Shown: positions 14,681 to 28,490 of the stretch, piece after piece
Layout: each line of letters opens with the position of its first letter
Position numbering within the stretch: position 1 is the first letter of the stretch
Origin: Callorhinchus milii
Lineage: Eukaryota
DNA length: 64,000 nucleotides
Direction: 5' to 3'
Assembly (NCBI RefSeq): GCF_018977255.1
Contig: NW_024704749.1
Span: forward strand, 12,896,001 to 12,960,000
Program-made: the position numbers and the translations under genes
Notes under the pieces: generated by a model
What the model was told of the DNA's origin: nothing
Databases searched by the model: none
Seen by the model: only the letters and a program-made list of their open reading frames with translations

Positions 14681-15448
14681 TTCTGCTCATAAAGTAGTTG
14701 AAAATCACGTGAAAAATTAAACAGTACAAGTACTTTTTTATGTGGGTCTTGGCATCTCTAGAAGCATAATCTCTAATCCTACATCTTATTACAAACAGAT
14801 TGAAGTAACCTTTAGTAGTTGAGCAGGTTCATTGCTCCTTGTGGATGTCTTGGTGGGCATTAAAAGTGTTACACTTTTTTCAGTTGGAAAGTGAAATAAA
14901 CATTAAAAACGTTAGTCATAATAAAGGTCAAACTCACTTTTAGATGGCATAATTTTTTTCTGTCCACTGATAAACACTGCTGATCCTTTGCCTGCCTAAC
15001 ACTGATGTCATTGTACGTGCCTTGATTCATAAACATTACAAATTCTATAAACAGCGGACAGAAAGCAGCTTTCAGTTCAATTGAGGTGTTGTTGAATCGG
15101 AAGGCCCTTTGTCCAAATGTTTTTATTGTGTGGTGGGAATATGGTCTTAATATAGTCTCAGCTGATTTAAATCTGAAAAAATGATGAAAGCCCCTGAATT
15201 CAAGTCAGGAAACCAGACTGCTGCCAAAAATGTCTTGAAAGCAAGTTCATTCAGAGTTGATCTGTTTAACTTCAGCTCACATATATTCAAAAATAGCCTG
15301 CTGCCAGTTCTGTCAATCATTTAACTCAACATACAAGCCTTTTCTGCATGTGAAATTAATCTCCTTCCGACTCGCAATAGAAGAGATTTACATAAGCATT
15401 CACTACACAGCCGCTATAGCACAACTGCTGCACAGAAAACACTGTACA
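14251..15448. repeat. 206-bp inverted duplication (14251-14456 vs 15243-15448)
   Basis: Reverse-complement match with a single mismatch by eye. The two arms give the same peptide in ORFs 13981..14442(-) and 15257..15481(+). Confidence 0.95.
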
Positions 15449-17899
15449 CAAATTAGTTTGGCAAATGCAAAGAAGTTCTGAATGAAAAAAAACACCCCAA
15501 TTCTTTTGATGTACGAATCTACGAATCAAACTGAAATGCACTTCCAATTGTGGAAAATAAATCAAACAAAAATAGATGGACCCGAGCCAAACTATTGTGA
15601 GGGATCGCTATGGCTATCTTGTCTCTCTCTCCCCAATCCACACTAACTGCTACATTGCACACATTTTATCATCATGTCTCCAATTTACTGAGTCTACAAC
15701 AATTTACACATCCAGAGTCCAACAGAATGGGATGGCAGTGTAACCTCATGTTGGCTTATGAACAGCAGGAATCAAAGAAACAGTGCTGTTGAGAGGTGCA
15801 CACATTAAACTCATATTGACTTGTGTCTGCCTCCACCACCTGCTCCAATTTGATGGCAGCACGTTATATATCCTGGGCACGTTGAAAACCAAAGAGCCTT
15901 TATCCAATTGCTACATGACTGAATGGTAGTGGAAGTAGGAAAAAAAACCAAGAGCAAATCATCTTATCTCAAACACAATTCTCAACATCTACTGCAGTAT
16001 ATGAGGCAGAGGTCACTGCTAGGTTTCTGCCCCCCCCCTACTCTGGCTGTGATCAACAGAAATTAGCCTATTTTTCTCTCAATTGCGATCTGACCTGATG
16101 TAAATCTACAACATTGACATTTATTAACAGCCATTATTATGTGGTTAAGAGGCACTGTCTTTTAAGGTTTCCTTTGTTGGCACTTAATACAGAGCCGACA
16201 ATCCCAATTAAATGGAAACGCCCATTATGCATAAAGCAAACAATGCAGATAATAGCGAATCTGGACTTGGCACAACTCAATGAAACTGCAGGAACGTCTT
16301 AAAGAAAATCTTATTTTCATCTCAGATTTGGAATACCACAGGGTATTGCGGTTTACTAGCCTGAGACCCTGAATGGGCCACATATCATCAACCAACCTAC
16401 AGTATCCAGTGGTGTCCTGCAGACTTCCATTATTAAATTGCACTAAATCAGTTAAATACTATTTTACTTGGTTTTACTTGACACATGTGAAAGATTTTAA
16501 CATTAAACAATTTAACAATTTTACTGAATGGGTTTGGAATAAGTGGGAAAAAAATATGAAAGTTATATTGCCAGCGGTATGTAAATCAGAATAAAGTCTG
16601 CGGTTATTATTGGTTTTCATAAGGTCTAAATAACAGCTAAACTCAATATCTGTTAATAACCTCAGATCTCACCAGCTGTGTAAATAGGAGGGGGACAGAT
16701 TAAATGACATTTATTGAGAGAGNAAAAAAATATTGATAGCAGTGCAATTTCCAAAGGAAGAATGTCAACATTTCTGCTCTGGAATCTCGATCATCAATGC
16801 TCTCCTCGACTCTGCTACATGCAAGAATAGATACTGCTAAATAGTATCAGTAAAACTGTTAGCAACTGATGCAGATCAGACGAGCAGAAAACAAGAGTTA
16901 CTTCATTTACTAAACGGAAAACAGAGGATGAAATTAGTGACAAATCCTCAGACATCTGCTAAATAATATCATACAGAGGAAATGATCCATTGATCAACTG
17001 AAGATTACTTCTCAATAAAGTTGCAGTGATGACGTTATAACAGTTAATCATCTTGGGTGACAATCCCACACCAAGGACATAGGGGCATTGAGAGGTGCAA
17101 AAAATCACCCAAACACATTAGAAATGCTATGCTACATACACTTCAAATAATACGTCATTAATGAATGATTTTAGGGTGAATCTAATGGCAGCTCCAAGTG
17201 ACTAATAAACCACTTAACCTTTCCTCAACTGGTTTATGACCCATCATTGGAAAGCTCAAATAAATTACTGCCTGGTAATCTCTTGCAGGTATCTGTTATT
17301 TTATATTTACACCAATTTTAACAGTGGTGCAGTTTTATTTAGAGCTATGAAAATTAAACCCAATAATTGAACATCCTATTGAACAAACTATTAAACTGAA
17401 CAAATTATTACATGACACCATTGCATAAACAGCTATGAAAACAGAAAATACTAGAAATGCACAACTTTATCAGTATCTGAAAAAGAAAGAAGAGCTAACG
17501 CTGTGGACACAATGTTCAGACCAGTATCAGCATATTTTAAGGCACACTCATGTCTGATTGAGTCCTATTCAGTTCCAATTTTGTTTTCCAATCATATCTC
17601 AGATCTCATCAAAAGCCTATTTAGTTTGTTTGGACAATAAAGTATTAAGATTGAGATCTTATACATCATCTACATAATATGTTAGGAGTTTGTACTTAAA
17701 CTAGTTTCCTGATAACCACAAGTACCAGAATGAGAACATGGTTACCAGAAGGCACGGGCAAACTGTGCTCCACCTGCATTGCATTACCCAGTCTTTGTGG
17801 TTACATTTTCTTTCCTGCTTCAGATTGTTTTGAGCCATGTTAGGATATCTTTCTAAATCTTTTCATGTCCTCCATATTAATGTTACTGTATTCAATTGG

Positions 17900-18270
17900 T
17901 CACATTCTCAAAAGATTGAAGGGTTAAGTCTCATGTCGAGAACAAAGCCTAGGATGACACTCCAACACAGTGATGGGGAACGCTGCATTGTTAGAGGTGC
18001 CGACCTTTGGAGAAATTAAACCAATGTCCTGTCTGCCTGTTCAGGTAGACAAAAATATGGTACCATTTGAAAAGTGAAGGGAGTTTCTTCTGGTGTCCTG
18101 GACAACAATCCCCCAGCCAAAAAAATTCAGCCCTTCATCTTCTGGCTGTTAGTGGATCACTGGTGTGTGCAAATTCACTGCAGCGGTGCCTTCAAATACA
18201 ATCACAACACTTTACAATAAATCCTGTGAGACATTTTGATGATGTGATAAAGTGCTATATACATCAAACG
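17900..18270 (+). mobile_element. Ancient Deu-domain SINE relic
   Basis: agaggtgccgacctttggagaaattaaacc...ctgcctgttcaggtagac...ggtgtcctggacaac...gctgttagtggatcactggtgtgtgcaaatt resembles the Deu core and 3' region of the AmnSINE1/SacSINE1 group. Confidence 0.6.
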
Positions 18271-20899
18271 CAAAGATTATCATTACAACACAATGACGGG
18301 AAGAAGAGCTTCTCTCTCATCGTAGTAAAAATCCCGATCAGCGAAATAAAGCAAACATTCAGTTGAATGTGAAGCGCCCACCTAGAATTCCTTCGAAAAG
18401 TACAAGTGCCGCTGTTAAGGCCATATTTAAGCTGTAGCTGGGACATTTTAATATGCACTCTACTCTCTTTGCGAAAATCAAAGCATCCGATGAGCCAAAT
18501 AGAACAGATTCTGGATCAAAATGTTCAGGAAGACATTGTGGAAGTCAGAATATGTAATGTGGCAAACTAGGCCATGGTCAGTCAGAGAAAGCACTAGAAT
18601 AGGTAATGAACAAAGGTTGTAATGCTTACAATGTACTATTCAATTATCTTTCAAATTGAGTTAATGACAATATTGAAAATATTCAGGCTGAGCCGAATCA
18701 TAAATTTTATGTGACTGAATGTTCTAATTAATGTGCTGATGGATATCAAGATTTATTTTGGGCTCAATTCTTTTTTTCTTCTGGAAAAAATACTTTTCGG
18801 TCATTGACAGGTCACCAATGACTTCAGGACATATTTTAGCCAAAAAATGTTATTAGAATCTTCCTCTATTCGCTCGTACAAGGAAAAATAAACAACCTTA
18901 ACAAGTAATCTTCTTTCTGTGTTCATAACAGAGTGTGGGTGTTCAAGGGAAAAAAGGCATATGTTAACAGCTAAAATATATCTACTTAAACTAGAAGATT
19001 GGTCTTCAATCTAATGCGGTTGGAACATCTTAAAACTCTCCTCAGGCCTGTCCACACATCTCCTACCCAAAGACTCCCTCAACCACCAGAAGGCCATTGT
19101 CACTGTTCTCCTTCCACATCATTAACCAACTGCTTGATAAAATGTTCATATATTTCACCATATTTTATCCCCAACTCTATCCGGTTGTGAAACACACATA
19201 ATGAATGTAAAAGCAACACAAGTGTAAGTTAATATTGAGCAAATGCTAGCATTTGCAAAAAGCTTGCATTAGACTCCCATTTTCACAGTGTAGGATTAAG
19301 GTGGAATGTGTAAATTAGCAAGGCTACATGAGACTGCTAAATAGATCTCAACATCACATCTGAATGGGATGGGGAGAAAGAGGGAAGAATGCTAATATAT
19401 CTTCATTCAAAACCACAATAACAATGTCTGAGAAATGTAATTTCCTTTCCTCCCCAGAGACACTAAGAATCTTCTTGAGGCTTCTACATCAAGTTCTCCA
19501 AAAAGTTGTTTTTACCGTTTCCAATAATATACACTACTATAGTTACAAAATAAACTCTTTGGGGGAATAAATTGATTACGATTTAATGACATGTTGTTTC
19601 CTCCTCTGGCTCACATTTCTCATAGCAGACAAGAAATCCAAGCTCCTGGAATGCATGAAGGACTCAATTCAAGCCACCTTGACAGGGAGCTATCATGACT
19701 ATTCATCTCAGCATAAATTCGCAAACACTGCATCGTTAGAGAGGCTGCCACAACATTACAGGCAGTATTAACTGATTTGGGGTTGAGGAAATGCAATGAA
19801 GAGCACTCATATTGGTAGTTATGACCTTGGAACATGTCAGCATTTCCTACTACCATTTAACAAACTGACCAAAAAAGAATGGACTGTCCATATCGACATA
19901 CCATTGTACACTGCTCAAGTTTGGCTGACACTGAGCTGTTTAGGGCCCTCTTTGGTGCAAACATCGAATCCAGCATCAACCAAATAGAGCCCTGGCACTG
20001 GGTACTGGCAGAGATCGTGGCTCATCAGCCACACAGAGTTCAGCAAAACAGCTTTCAGGCAGTCCAGTCAACCAGATCACAAGTATTGTTTTTTTCCAAT
20101 TGTGATGCTCTTCATTCAGGATCAGAACTAGATCACAAGATCCATGTTGTACTGTAGGAGAAACCCAGAAACCCAACCCAATGGTAAGTTCTTTTAAAAA
20201 AAACTACGGATCACTTTGACCTGCACCCACGGCTAATAATCAAAACCATACTGTCACATACAGAATGAACTCATTTTGATGCCAGTTTGTTCCTGGTACC
20301 ATACAGCTTTGGGTACATGAAGCAACTATACAGCTTCCTGAAGTAAACACTTGTAAACAGTGAGAAAATTATTTTTTTTCAGTTCCCAGCCTGCCCCTGA
20401 CAGCTGCTTAAATGCTTAACATTGAAGTGAGATCTTGCAAAGTAGCAAATATGTATTATAGCAAAGTTCAGCACTCTCTCACAACGGGCCTCCTTTACCC
20501 ACAATGTGGTTCTTTATTAAACAGGCAATAATGTATTTTAAAGATCCTTGTCCCTATTACACAATCTATCATCCTCTTAGCTAAGAGATTGTTTTGAAAA
20601 ATCAGAACAGTATCGTTGTAGCATTGAATTTAACCACTTATCTGAACTGAAAATCAATGTATGGCCATCAGTTTCAAGCCTCATTCAAATACATGCAGTT
20701 AGGGCAGTGAGGGGTCAGACACTGGCTGGCCCCCCAAAATGCAGATAAATATAATGCCTCATGTACGAAGTATAATAGAATCCACAAGAGGCACATATTT
20801 TCAACAGATAGGATAAAACTTGACAAGAGAAGTTGAAAAAGACCTTGGGATGTAGGGAGTCTCCATGTGTAAAGTGAGGTAAACGAGATAAACACGAAC

Positions 20900-21238
20900 G
20901 TGGAGTCCTGTAGCTCAGTGGTTAGAGCACTCGCTTTGCAAGTGAGAGACCTGAGTTCAATCCCAGGCAGAGGGCGAAACCTTGGGCAAGTTTCCTTACT
21001 CCACACAGAGCCTAATAATAATTCCTCCAAAACCCAAAACAATAATAAATTGGTCATTTTCAATCCATATGACTGTTTGTGGGACATTGCTGTGCGCAAT
21101 TGGCTGCTGCGTTCGCCCACAAATATACAGTCAATTCACTTTACAGTGCGTTCTGTGAAGCGCTTTGGGACGTCCTCCCGACGTGAAAAGCGCTATATCA
21201 AATGCAAGGATTATTATTATTATTATATTATTATTATA
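20900..21238 (+). mobile_element. Full-length young tRNA-derived SINE
   Basis: A box tagctcagtgg, B box gagttcaatccc, shared L2 tail, (tta)n. Confidence 0.92.
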
Positions 21239-21544
21239 ACGTGGAGCCACATTACTAAATTCTGCTCGAGCTCTGGTGGGGAGGGTGGGTCCTGCACTGC
21301 AGAAAAAGTGCCGAGAGCACGAACCTCAAATAGTAGCTGGAATGGCTAACCAGAAAAGTGGATTAAAGTATCTCATCCCCTCCACTCCATCATCGGCGTC
21401 CATGACTTTAGCCACTATGCCCCAAAACTATGGAACGCTGCCTCATTTACGAAACAGCTTTATGCAGTACTAAGCAGGTAGTAGGATTGTTATTCTGGAA
21501 ATATAAGATTAAATCTGTCACATTGCCCGCCTCCAAACGTACCT

Positions 21545-22082
21545 TACACCAACGCAGCCAAAACTGTTATCCACACATTTGTCACCTCCGGCTTGATTAT
21601 TCCAACGCCCTCCTTGCCGCTCTCTGCAGCTCCACCATTCACATAATACAACTAATTCAAAACTCCACCACCTGTATCCTTACCTGAACCAAACTCTGTA
21701 CCGCCATCATCCCAGTGCTTGTCAGGCTCCACTAACTTCCTATCACAGAACGGATCGATTTTAAGATTTACTCGTCTACAAATCACTTCATGCCCTGGAA
21801 GCTCCCTACTTATCCAACCTGACTCTGCTCAGCTGGCTCCGGCCTTCTGCATGTCCCTCATCTCCTCCGCTCCACAACCAGGAGCCATGACTTCAGCCAC
21901 TACACCCAAAACTATGGAACGTTTCCTCAATCTCTGCCTTGCCTCTTCTTTCCCAGTCTGCCGATCTCACCCGGAGAGCCTCTTCTTCGACCATGCCTAA
22001 GGTCACCTCCCCCCCGCTCGGCATTAAGCTACGCCACCCTACCCCGAGCAATGGACGCTATATAAATGCAAGTCACTGTTGT
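21545..22082 (+). mobile_element. Degenerate L2 3' fragment
   Basis: LRLDYSNALLAAL...IQLIQNSTTCILT motif and a decayed tail ending cgctatataaatgcaag. Confidence 0.8.
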
Positions 22083-25000
22083 AAATGAACGGCCTTGTTC
22101 ATCTAAACCTCTCGGGATTTATGATAATGCAATGACAACAATTTCTAACTTGTGTTTTTTATCTGTAGCCAACACTAAGAAGAAGAAACATTAGTCTCTT
22201 TAGAGATATATTAATGCGACTGGAACACTAACCACATGTACCATGATAGTCTACCATCATTATATAGCTACAAAATTAGATCCCTAGCATTACTTGTGGT
22301 TGTATTCCTTCTTCAGCAAATTCATGACAGCATACATTACAGCTGAGTTGCTAGGTTCAGCTAAATAACCTTTTCTCGTTTCATCCCATCTCACATTCCT
22401 AATTAGAATTGAAGTCTAGCTCAAATTGTTAAAGGCCATTTTGGTTATCAGTAAGATTAAAATGATGTCCTAATAGGAGATCAAATGTAGGTGAGCTGGA
22501 GTGAATGCTGAAGGAAGTGTATGATGACAGAATAGAGCTTTGAAGTCTATACTTTAGTACCAACTCTAAAAAAAAATAGTCACAGCTTTAACACTGCACA
22601 TTTGTTCCAACTCTATTGAGAAGCATGGACATCATAAATGCATTAGCTCAGTCCCAACCAAGCTCTTATTTATGTAAAGAGACACAAAATGCTGTTATTA
22701 AGAACTGCAATAATGTCTGTCTGGTTAGTGACGGCCCACTTTAGCCCGCAGCGATTGGTTTTAATGCAACTTCAACGTAATTTAATTTGAAATGGCAAAT
22801 CTCTAGAACATTAGCCGTCTGATGAAAACTGCTCAAGGTGGTTGTGACAGAGTTAATTTGAAAAAGGTTGTTTCTTTGCAAACAAAAAATTTCCTATTAA
22901 TAAAATGAAGATTCCATTCTTCTGATTTAATTATTCATCCTCTGAGGAAATGTCTACATCTCATCGGAAACAACCAGCATTCTATATTACTGAAGTTTGA
23001 CATGGAAACTAACTGGTTCCTATCTATTCTTTTGCATCTCTCTCCTATAATTATTTTTGGGTCAGCTGGGTGTCTGACTCATGTGGAAACCCATTACCTG
23101 CTTAAGAGTCTCCAAACCAGAGTTCCTTGTATTCCCACTATACACGAAAATTGCAGACATGTGTTGGGGTGGAATGCACACTCTCTCCCTGGAGGGATGC
23201 GTCCTGCTTACCTAATTCCAGAACGTATTAGGAGCAGGCTGGCAAGAGCCAAGGCTTGGGGACCTTAGAGTGTGCACTGGAGTAACTCCTGGAATGTAGC
23301 CAGCTAAAACTGCAGAGCTTGCCATTAAGAACGCTGTCTGGCAAGTTTTCCCCGTTAGGTCTTTGGCTTGTAGGTTTAATGGGAAGAGTCTCGTCCTCAG
23401 TGATTGGTCTGCCCTTCCAAGTTCTGTGATAAGAGGTTGGCTGTGATACCATCATCAATGCCCTGGAGTACCACAGATACACCTGGCTCAAGACCCAGCC
23501 TACGAGACCGCCACAGAGGACTGGCTTGATTCCCACACTCTGTTTAACATGTCATCTCCATTATCGAGCATGTGTCTCTACTATAACAATTTGCAAACTG
23601 CCCACCCAGCAAGGGCACTAGGGCTTACTTAGAATCAAAGGTCTGAGGAAGCAAGCGGTTAGTAAGCATAAGTATACTGTGTGAACAAGTCTCTGTTTTG
23701 TGTTATCTCTGTGCCTTTGTAGTTTTCTCTAATTTTGTCCTCCTCTCTATCCTTTTCCATTTCCCTGTGGGTTTGTTCTGTGTGTGCATCACTCGTTTTT
23801 TCTCTCACAAGCCTTTATAGTGATATGTAGCTTTCAGCTAGTACATCAGAACAGTTGCTAATTTTGTATTATAGATTTATTATTATGTGTTCTTAAGGTT
23901 TAGACTGTGTGTGTATATATTTTTGGTGCTTAGGTGTTGCATTTTATAATTGTGTCTATAAAATTGAGAATGTGTCAAAGTGCAGGTATTATATTGTAGG
24001 CAAATAGAAGGAGGCTTCACAATATTCTGGCAAACACCAAGGGCATTGTCAATGGCTTTGTCATTGAACATAATCACCGCTTCTGAAAATTATGATAAAT
24101 CACAATGCAAAATATGATTTGAAACCATCTTAATATATCTTGTTCCTTCTCATGACAACATATTATTAATATTATTATATATGTCAACAATAAGAAAAGG
24201 TACCTTGGCTTGCACGGAATTCCAAGAACATCTCTTTTTATCAGCTGAACTCCTCCCTTCTCACCAATTCCGTCTCCAAGTATTAAGTGATTCTTTGGAT
24301 TTCTTTCATTCGAATCAGGAATCAATTTTTCAAGATCATAATCTACAACTATAACTAAATCTCACAGTGATCTAATCAAGTGAAATCTGTACAGATTATA
24401 TACAAATTACAGATTGTTGAATACATCTTTATTGACCGGCTCCCTTGTTTGTATTCGGGCACCGTTTCCTGTCTCCAGATCTTGCAATTATCTCAATTAA
24501 ATGCACTGAAGCTTCATAAGCTGTGGTGACCAACCTTTTTGGCTTGATGGCCAAGTAAATGTTTCTTGATTGCTATGGGGGCGACACATAAATATCACTA
24601 CTGGAAACAAAATATTGCTTCTACACAAACTTACCCAGACTGGTGCAAAAAAAATGTAGATTTGTTAAAAAAGCAGATTTTTAGCCAATTCTGTCGCATC
24701 TTTTGGATACCAAGTAACACCTCTCCCTTCTAAGGGTTTTCTGACTTATTTTCTTGAGTACCGCAGTACAAAATGAAGCAACTCAGCGGAGGATGAAATT
24801 AGTTTGTAAGCAAATGATTTCAAATGAAAAATGCGTAAGTATAATCCTAACTATTTTATATTTAATAATCTCTCATTAAGCTTACCAAGTCCCATAATAT
24901 AACAGATAATACACAAAATATGTGAATGTCCATATACATTTTCTATCTTTTTCTTTCTTGTTGAAGTGAATGTTGCACTATATTTAGAGAATAGATTATC

Positions 25001-26158
25001 TGCTTTGTATATTTGTTACTGGTCACGCAACAGTACAGCAGGAGCTGCACGCACAAGTGAATAAAATCTTTGCACAAGTCTAACGAGATGTGATTGGAGA
25101 CATTCATAGACACAATTAATAACCAGAATTTGACAGTTTCCTAGCCAACTGGCTGAAATGAAGAGGAAATTATCTCTCGCCAGTTCCAAGGCTAATGACC
25201 TCTTCCTATATCACAGCCACCCTGTGGCAGGTGCTGGTCTTCAGTCACACAATGACAGCAGCGATGTGATTGTCAGCATGTTCCTTTCTCTACATCCTGA
25301 GCTGAAGGTATATTACAAAATGGATGTATTGAAACATACAAAACAAGTTCTTACATTTTCATAATTATCTCAATAAATCATTATTTCCTCAGCCAATTTT
25401 TTAAAAAATGGTTATCTCTACCTTCATCCTAATGTGTGTCACACGTCTGACTAGTTTCACTGTCTGGAAAGGCAGGAATGTGACCAGTTCCTAGACCCCA
25501 GCAGTGCTGCTGTCTGTACTAGTTGTTATTTAATTTACAAAGTATACAAAAAGCTCACAACACTTTTTTTGCTGTGGTGAAATTGCTAGTACTTTTAGGT
25601 CAATATCGAGATGTGAAATTGTCAGCTTGGCTGCTTTCCCAAATTGCAGTTTATGTCACTTAGCCATTAATATGGCAATTAAAATATTAAATCCCCAAAA
25701 GAAAATGTCTCAATTTGCAGGTTTAGCAAGCAATATCTCATCAATGTCTGGTAATGATTCTCCATAGCTGTAAATTGAACCTGGTCTATTTGTGAAAAGT
25801 AAAAATTAAAGTGATAAAATTATTGCAGGTACATTTATTCTGAGAACCGGAGGTTTCCTTTATATTCACTAATGCTGGACCGACAGAATGTAAGGCTTGC
25901 GGAATCCAATTTAGCATGAAGCAGCATAAAGTTTAGAGTCTGGGCACCTGTCATTTAAAGTGTTCAGTTTGAAGATCTACCAATATTTGTCTTTATGTTT
26001 CATAACATAAAGCTTAAAGCTGTTTCGTAAATAAGGAAGAATCATAGAATCATAAATTCTACAGAACAGAAGGAGGCCAATTGGCTGCCCTGTGCTATGC
26101 CCATACCCCTTCAAGATTCCATGCTTCACATACCTGTAGAAAAAAAGGTCAAGCATTA

Positions 26159-26509
<351 letters not shown>

Positions 26510-26905
26510 TTAAAAACAGTGGAACTTTGAAACATACCTTGCCCAGGATTAAAGGAGAATTTTTAAAATATAATTTAGGAATTTATTGCAACATAACCTT
26601 CACACAATCACGTCCCTGGATTAGAGACATGCTCAAGATTAGGAAGGAACCGTGGAACGTTTTAATAGACACACCACGGTATATGTCACACAATCATATA
26701 CTAATACCTAGAAGGGGACAAGAGCCTGCAATTCTATATTTTTAAGGTTTAAGTCAAAAGTAAGGATCATTATTGATTTCAATGCATTATTTACAAAAGA
26801 ATCTTAGGCTGCTTTTTTTTAAAAAAAATGTTTTTAAGTGGAATTGAACATGTGCCGCGACACACTGTGAAACAGCTTCGATGATTGACTCTGCACGATT
26901 CTTAC

Positions 26906-27065
26906 CTGAGGCGGCTACGAGCAGTTGGAGTGACTGATGCGGTGGGAGATGAAGATGACAAGGACAGTTGTGGCGATGTGGTTCCCATTCCCATTAGTGA
27001 GGTTGGGGTAGAGCCATCTGCAGCCGTGATTTCACGTTTAATTTCCTCACTGCTTCTGCGAGACA
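26906..27065 (-). CDS. SPECC1L: SPECC1L coding exon 11: (V)[35 protein letters not shown]...PTARSRL(R)
   Basis: 160 bp, phase 1-2, tgcAG acceptor and GTAAGA donor. Confidence 0.95.
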
Positions 27066-27917
27066 CTGCAGAGCAAAAACAAAAAAAATCTAAATCCAGT
27101 TGATGCAAGTAATCAACATTACATACTAAGCCTTAGAGGAAGGTCATTTTACTGCACTGATTTTGCACTCATACCAGTTCTGAAATATTGGTTGGAGTTT
27201 CAGTTATTAATAAAATTATATAATACAACAATAAGGCAGTTTCAATGAGGACGCCCCACTGCCTTGGGATGACCTCCTGACGTGGAAGGCACTATACATG
27301 TGTAATTTGCTATTGTCTCATACAGAAGTTCAATGCAGAGTAGCACTCGTGCAGACATTCTAAAGTAACAAACAATATCAACTTCCATCAGCAACATAGA
27401 ACATACCCACATTTCTTTTGTTCACATTACAGAGCTTGGAGCACACTGCAATCAGCTAACCTATGGCATTTAGTGTGTGTGTGTCCGTGTAGTTTGTGCG
27501 TACATGCATGAGGGGGAGGGGAAACTGGACATTCTCAAGCTTATCTATGAAGGAGTGAGCGATGACTCAGGGGGACTATCACGTATGAGCAAATAAAACA
27601 TTTCTGAAAAACAAAGCAGTTTGTCAAATAAACCGATCTGCATATACAGATTTTCACCAGCTGAGAGGCATCAGTAAATTGGAGCACCACACAACTGAAC
27701 AAAACACAATTACACAGCTTCACGATCCAAGCAGCTTCAATTAGTCATCAAAAGAGAAGGTAAAAAATGACCCACAACTAAAATCCATATCTTCTGGATC
27801 AAAATGAATTGATAATCAGACAAGCAATTTATCTAATGGAAGCTGAATAATCTGATATCACAAAGCCAATGTTAGCTCTTAACAACCTTGGGCATCCCAA
27901 CGCTCACATAATCATAA

Positions 27918-28232
27918 GTCCTATAGCTCAGTGGTTAGAGCACTCGCCTTGCAAGAGAGAGACCCAAATTCGATTCCCGGCAGGTGAAACCTTGGGCAGG
28001 TTTTGTTACTCCACACACCTAATAATAATCCCTCAAGAAAAAAAAACAATAATAATTTGGTCACTCAATCCATGACTTGTTTGTGGGACGCTCACTGCTG
28101 TGTGCAATTTGCTGCCACATTTCACCCACAAAATATACAGTCAATTCACTTTACGTCTATTCTGTGAAGCGCTTTGAGACGTCTCGAAGACGTGAAAAGT
28201 GCTATATCAAATGCAAGGATTATTATTATTAT
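27918..28232 (+). mobile_element. tRNA-derived SINE
   Basis: Same head, body and tail as the 20900 copy, more diverged. Confidence 0.88.
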
Positions 28233-28269
28233 AAAAATAGCATCAGTTAAGGACAAATGGAACTTTGAA

Positions 28270-28490
28270 AACAATTTACATCCATAAAGACCTTTCACAT
28301 TGAGAAGGCGTCTCAAGCGCTTAACTCAAGAAACTGAGTGGGCGGGGGGGTTGAGGAACGGAGGAAGCCAGCCCGAAATGTGGCAGCAAAGGTAGCTGTT
28401 GTATCAGGGTGATTTTCAGGGCTTGGGTTGTGATAGGAGAGAGCTAGGATGTTGAGGCTGGCAGTGGAACAGGTGGGGCCAGAGGCAGGT
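28270..28490 (-). mobile_element. Highly decayed L2 3' fragment
   Basis: Tail-like segment plus a G-rich body resembling the other L2 copies. Confidence 0.5.

Noticed and set aside
15257-15481. Duplicated peptide MICLTSAHIYSKIACC...
   Set aside because: It has a non-ATG start and no coding signature. The duplication reflects the 206-bp inverted copy.
16723-16723. Ambiguous base n
   Set aside because: An assembly uncertainty next to a poly-A run, not a biological feature.
20900-20975. tRNA(Ala)-like gene (also at about 10440, 27918, 35881 and 54885)
   Set aside because: These are SINE heads. Each runs into the same SINE body and tail, and the acceptor stem is imperfect.
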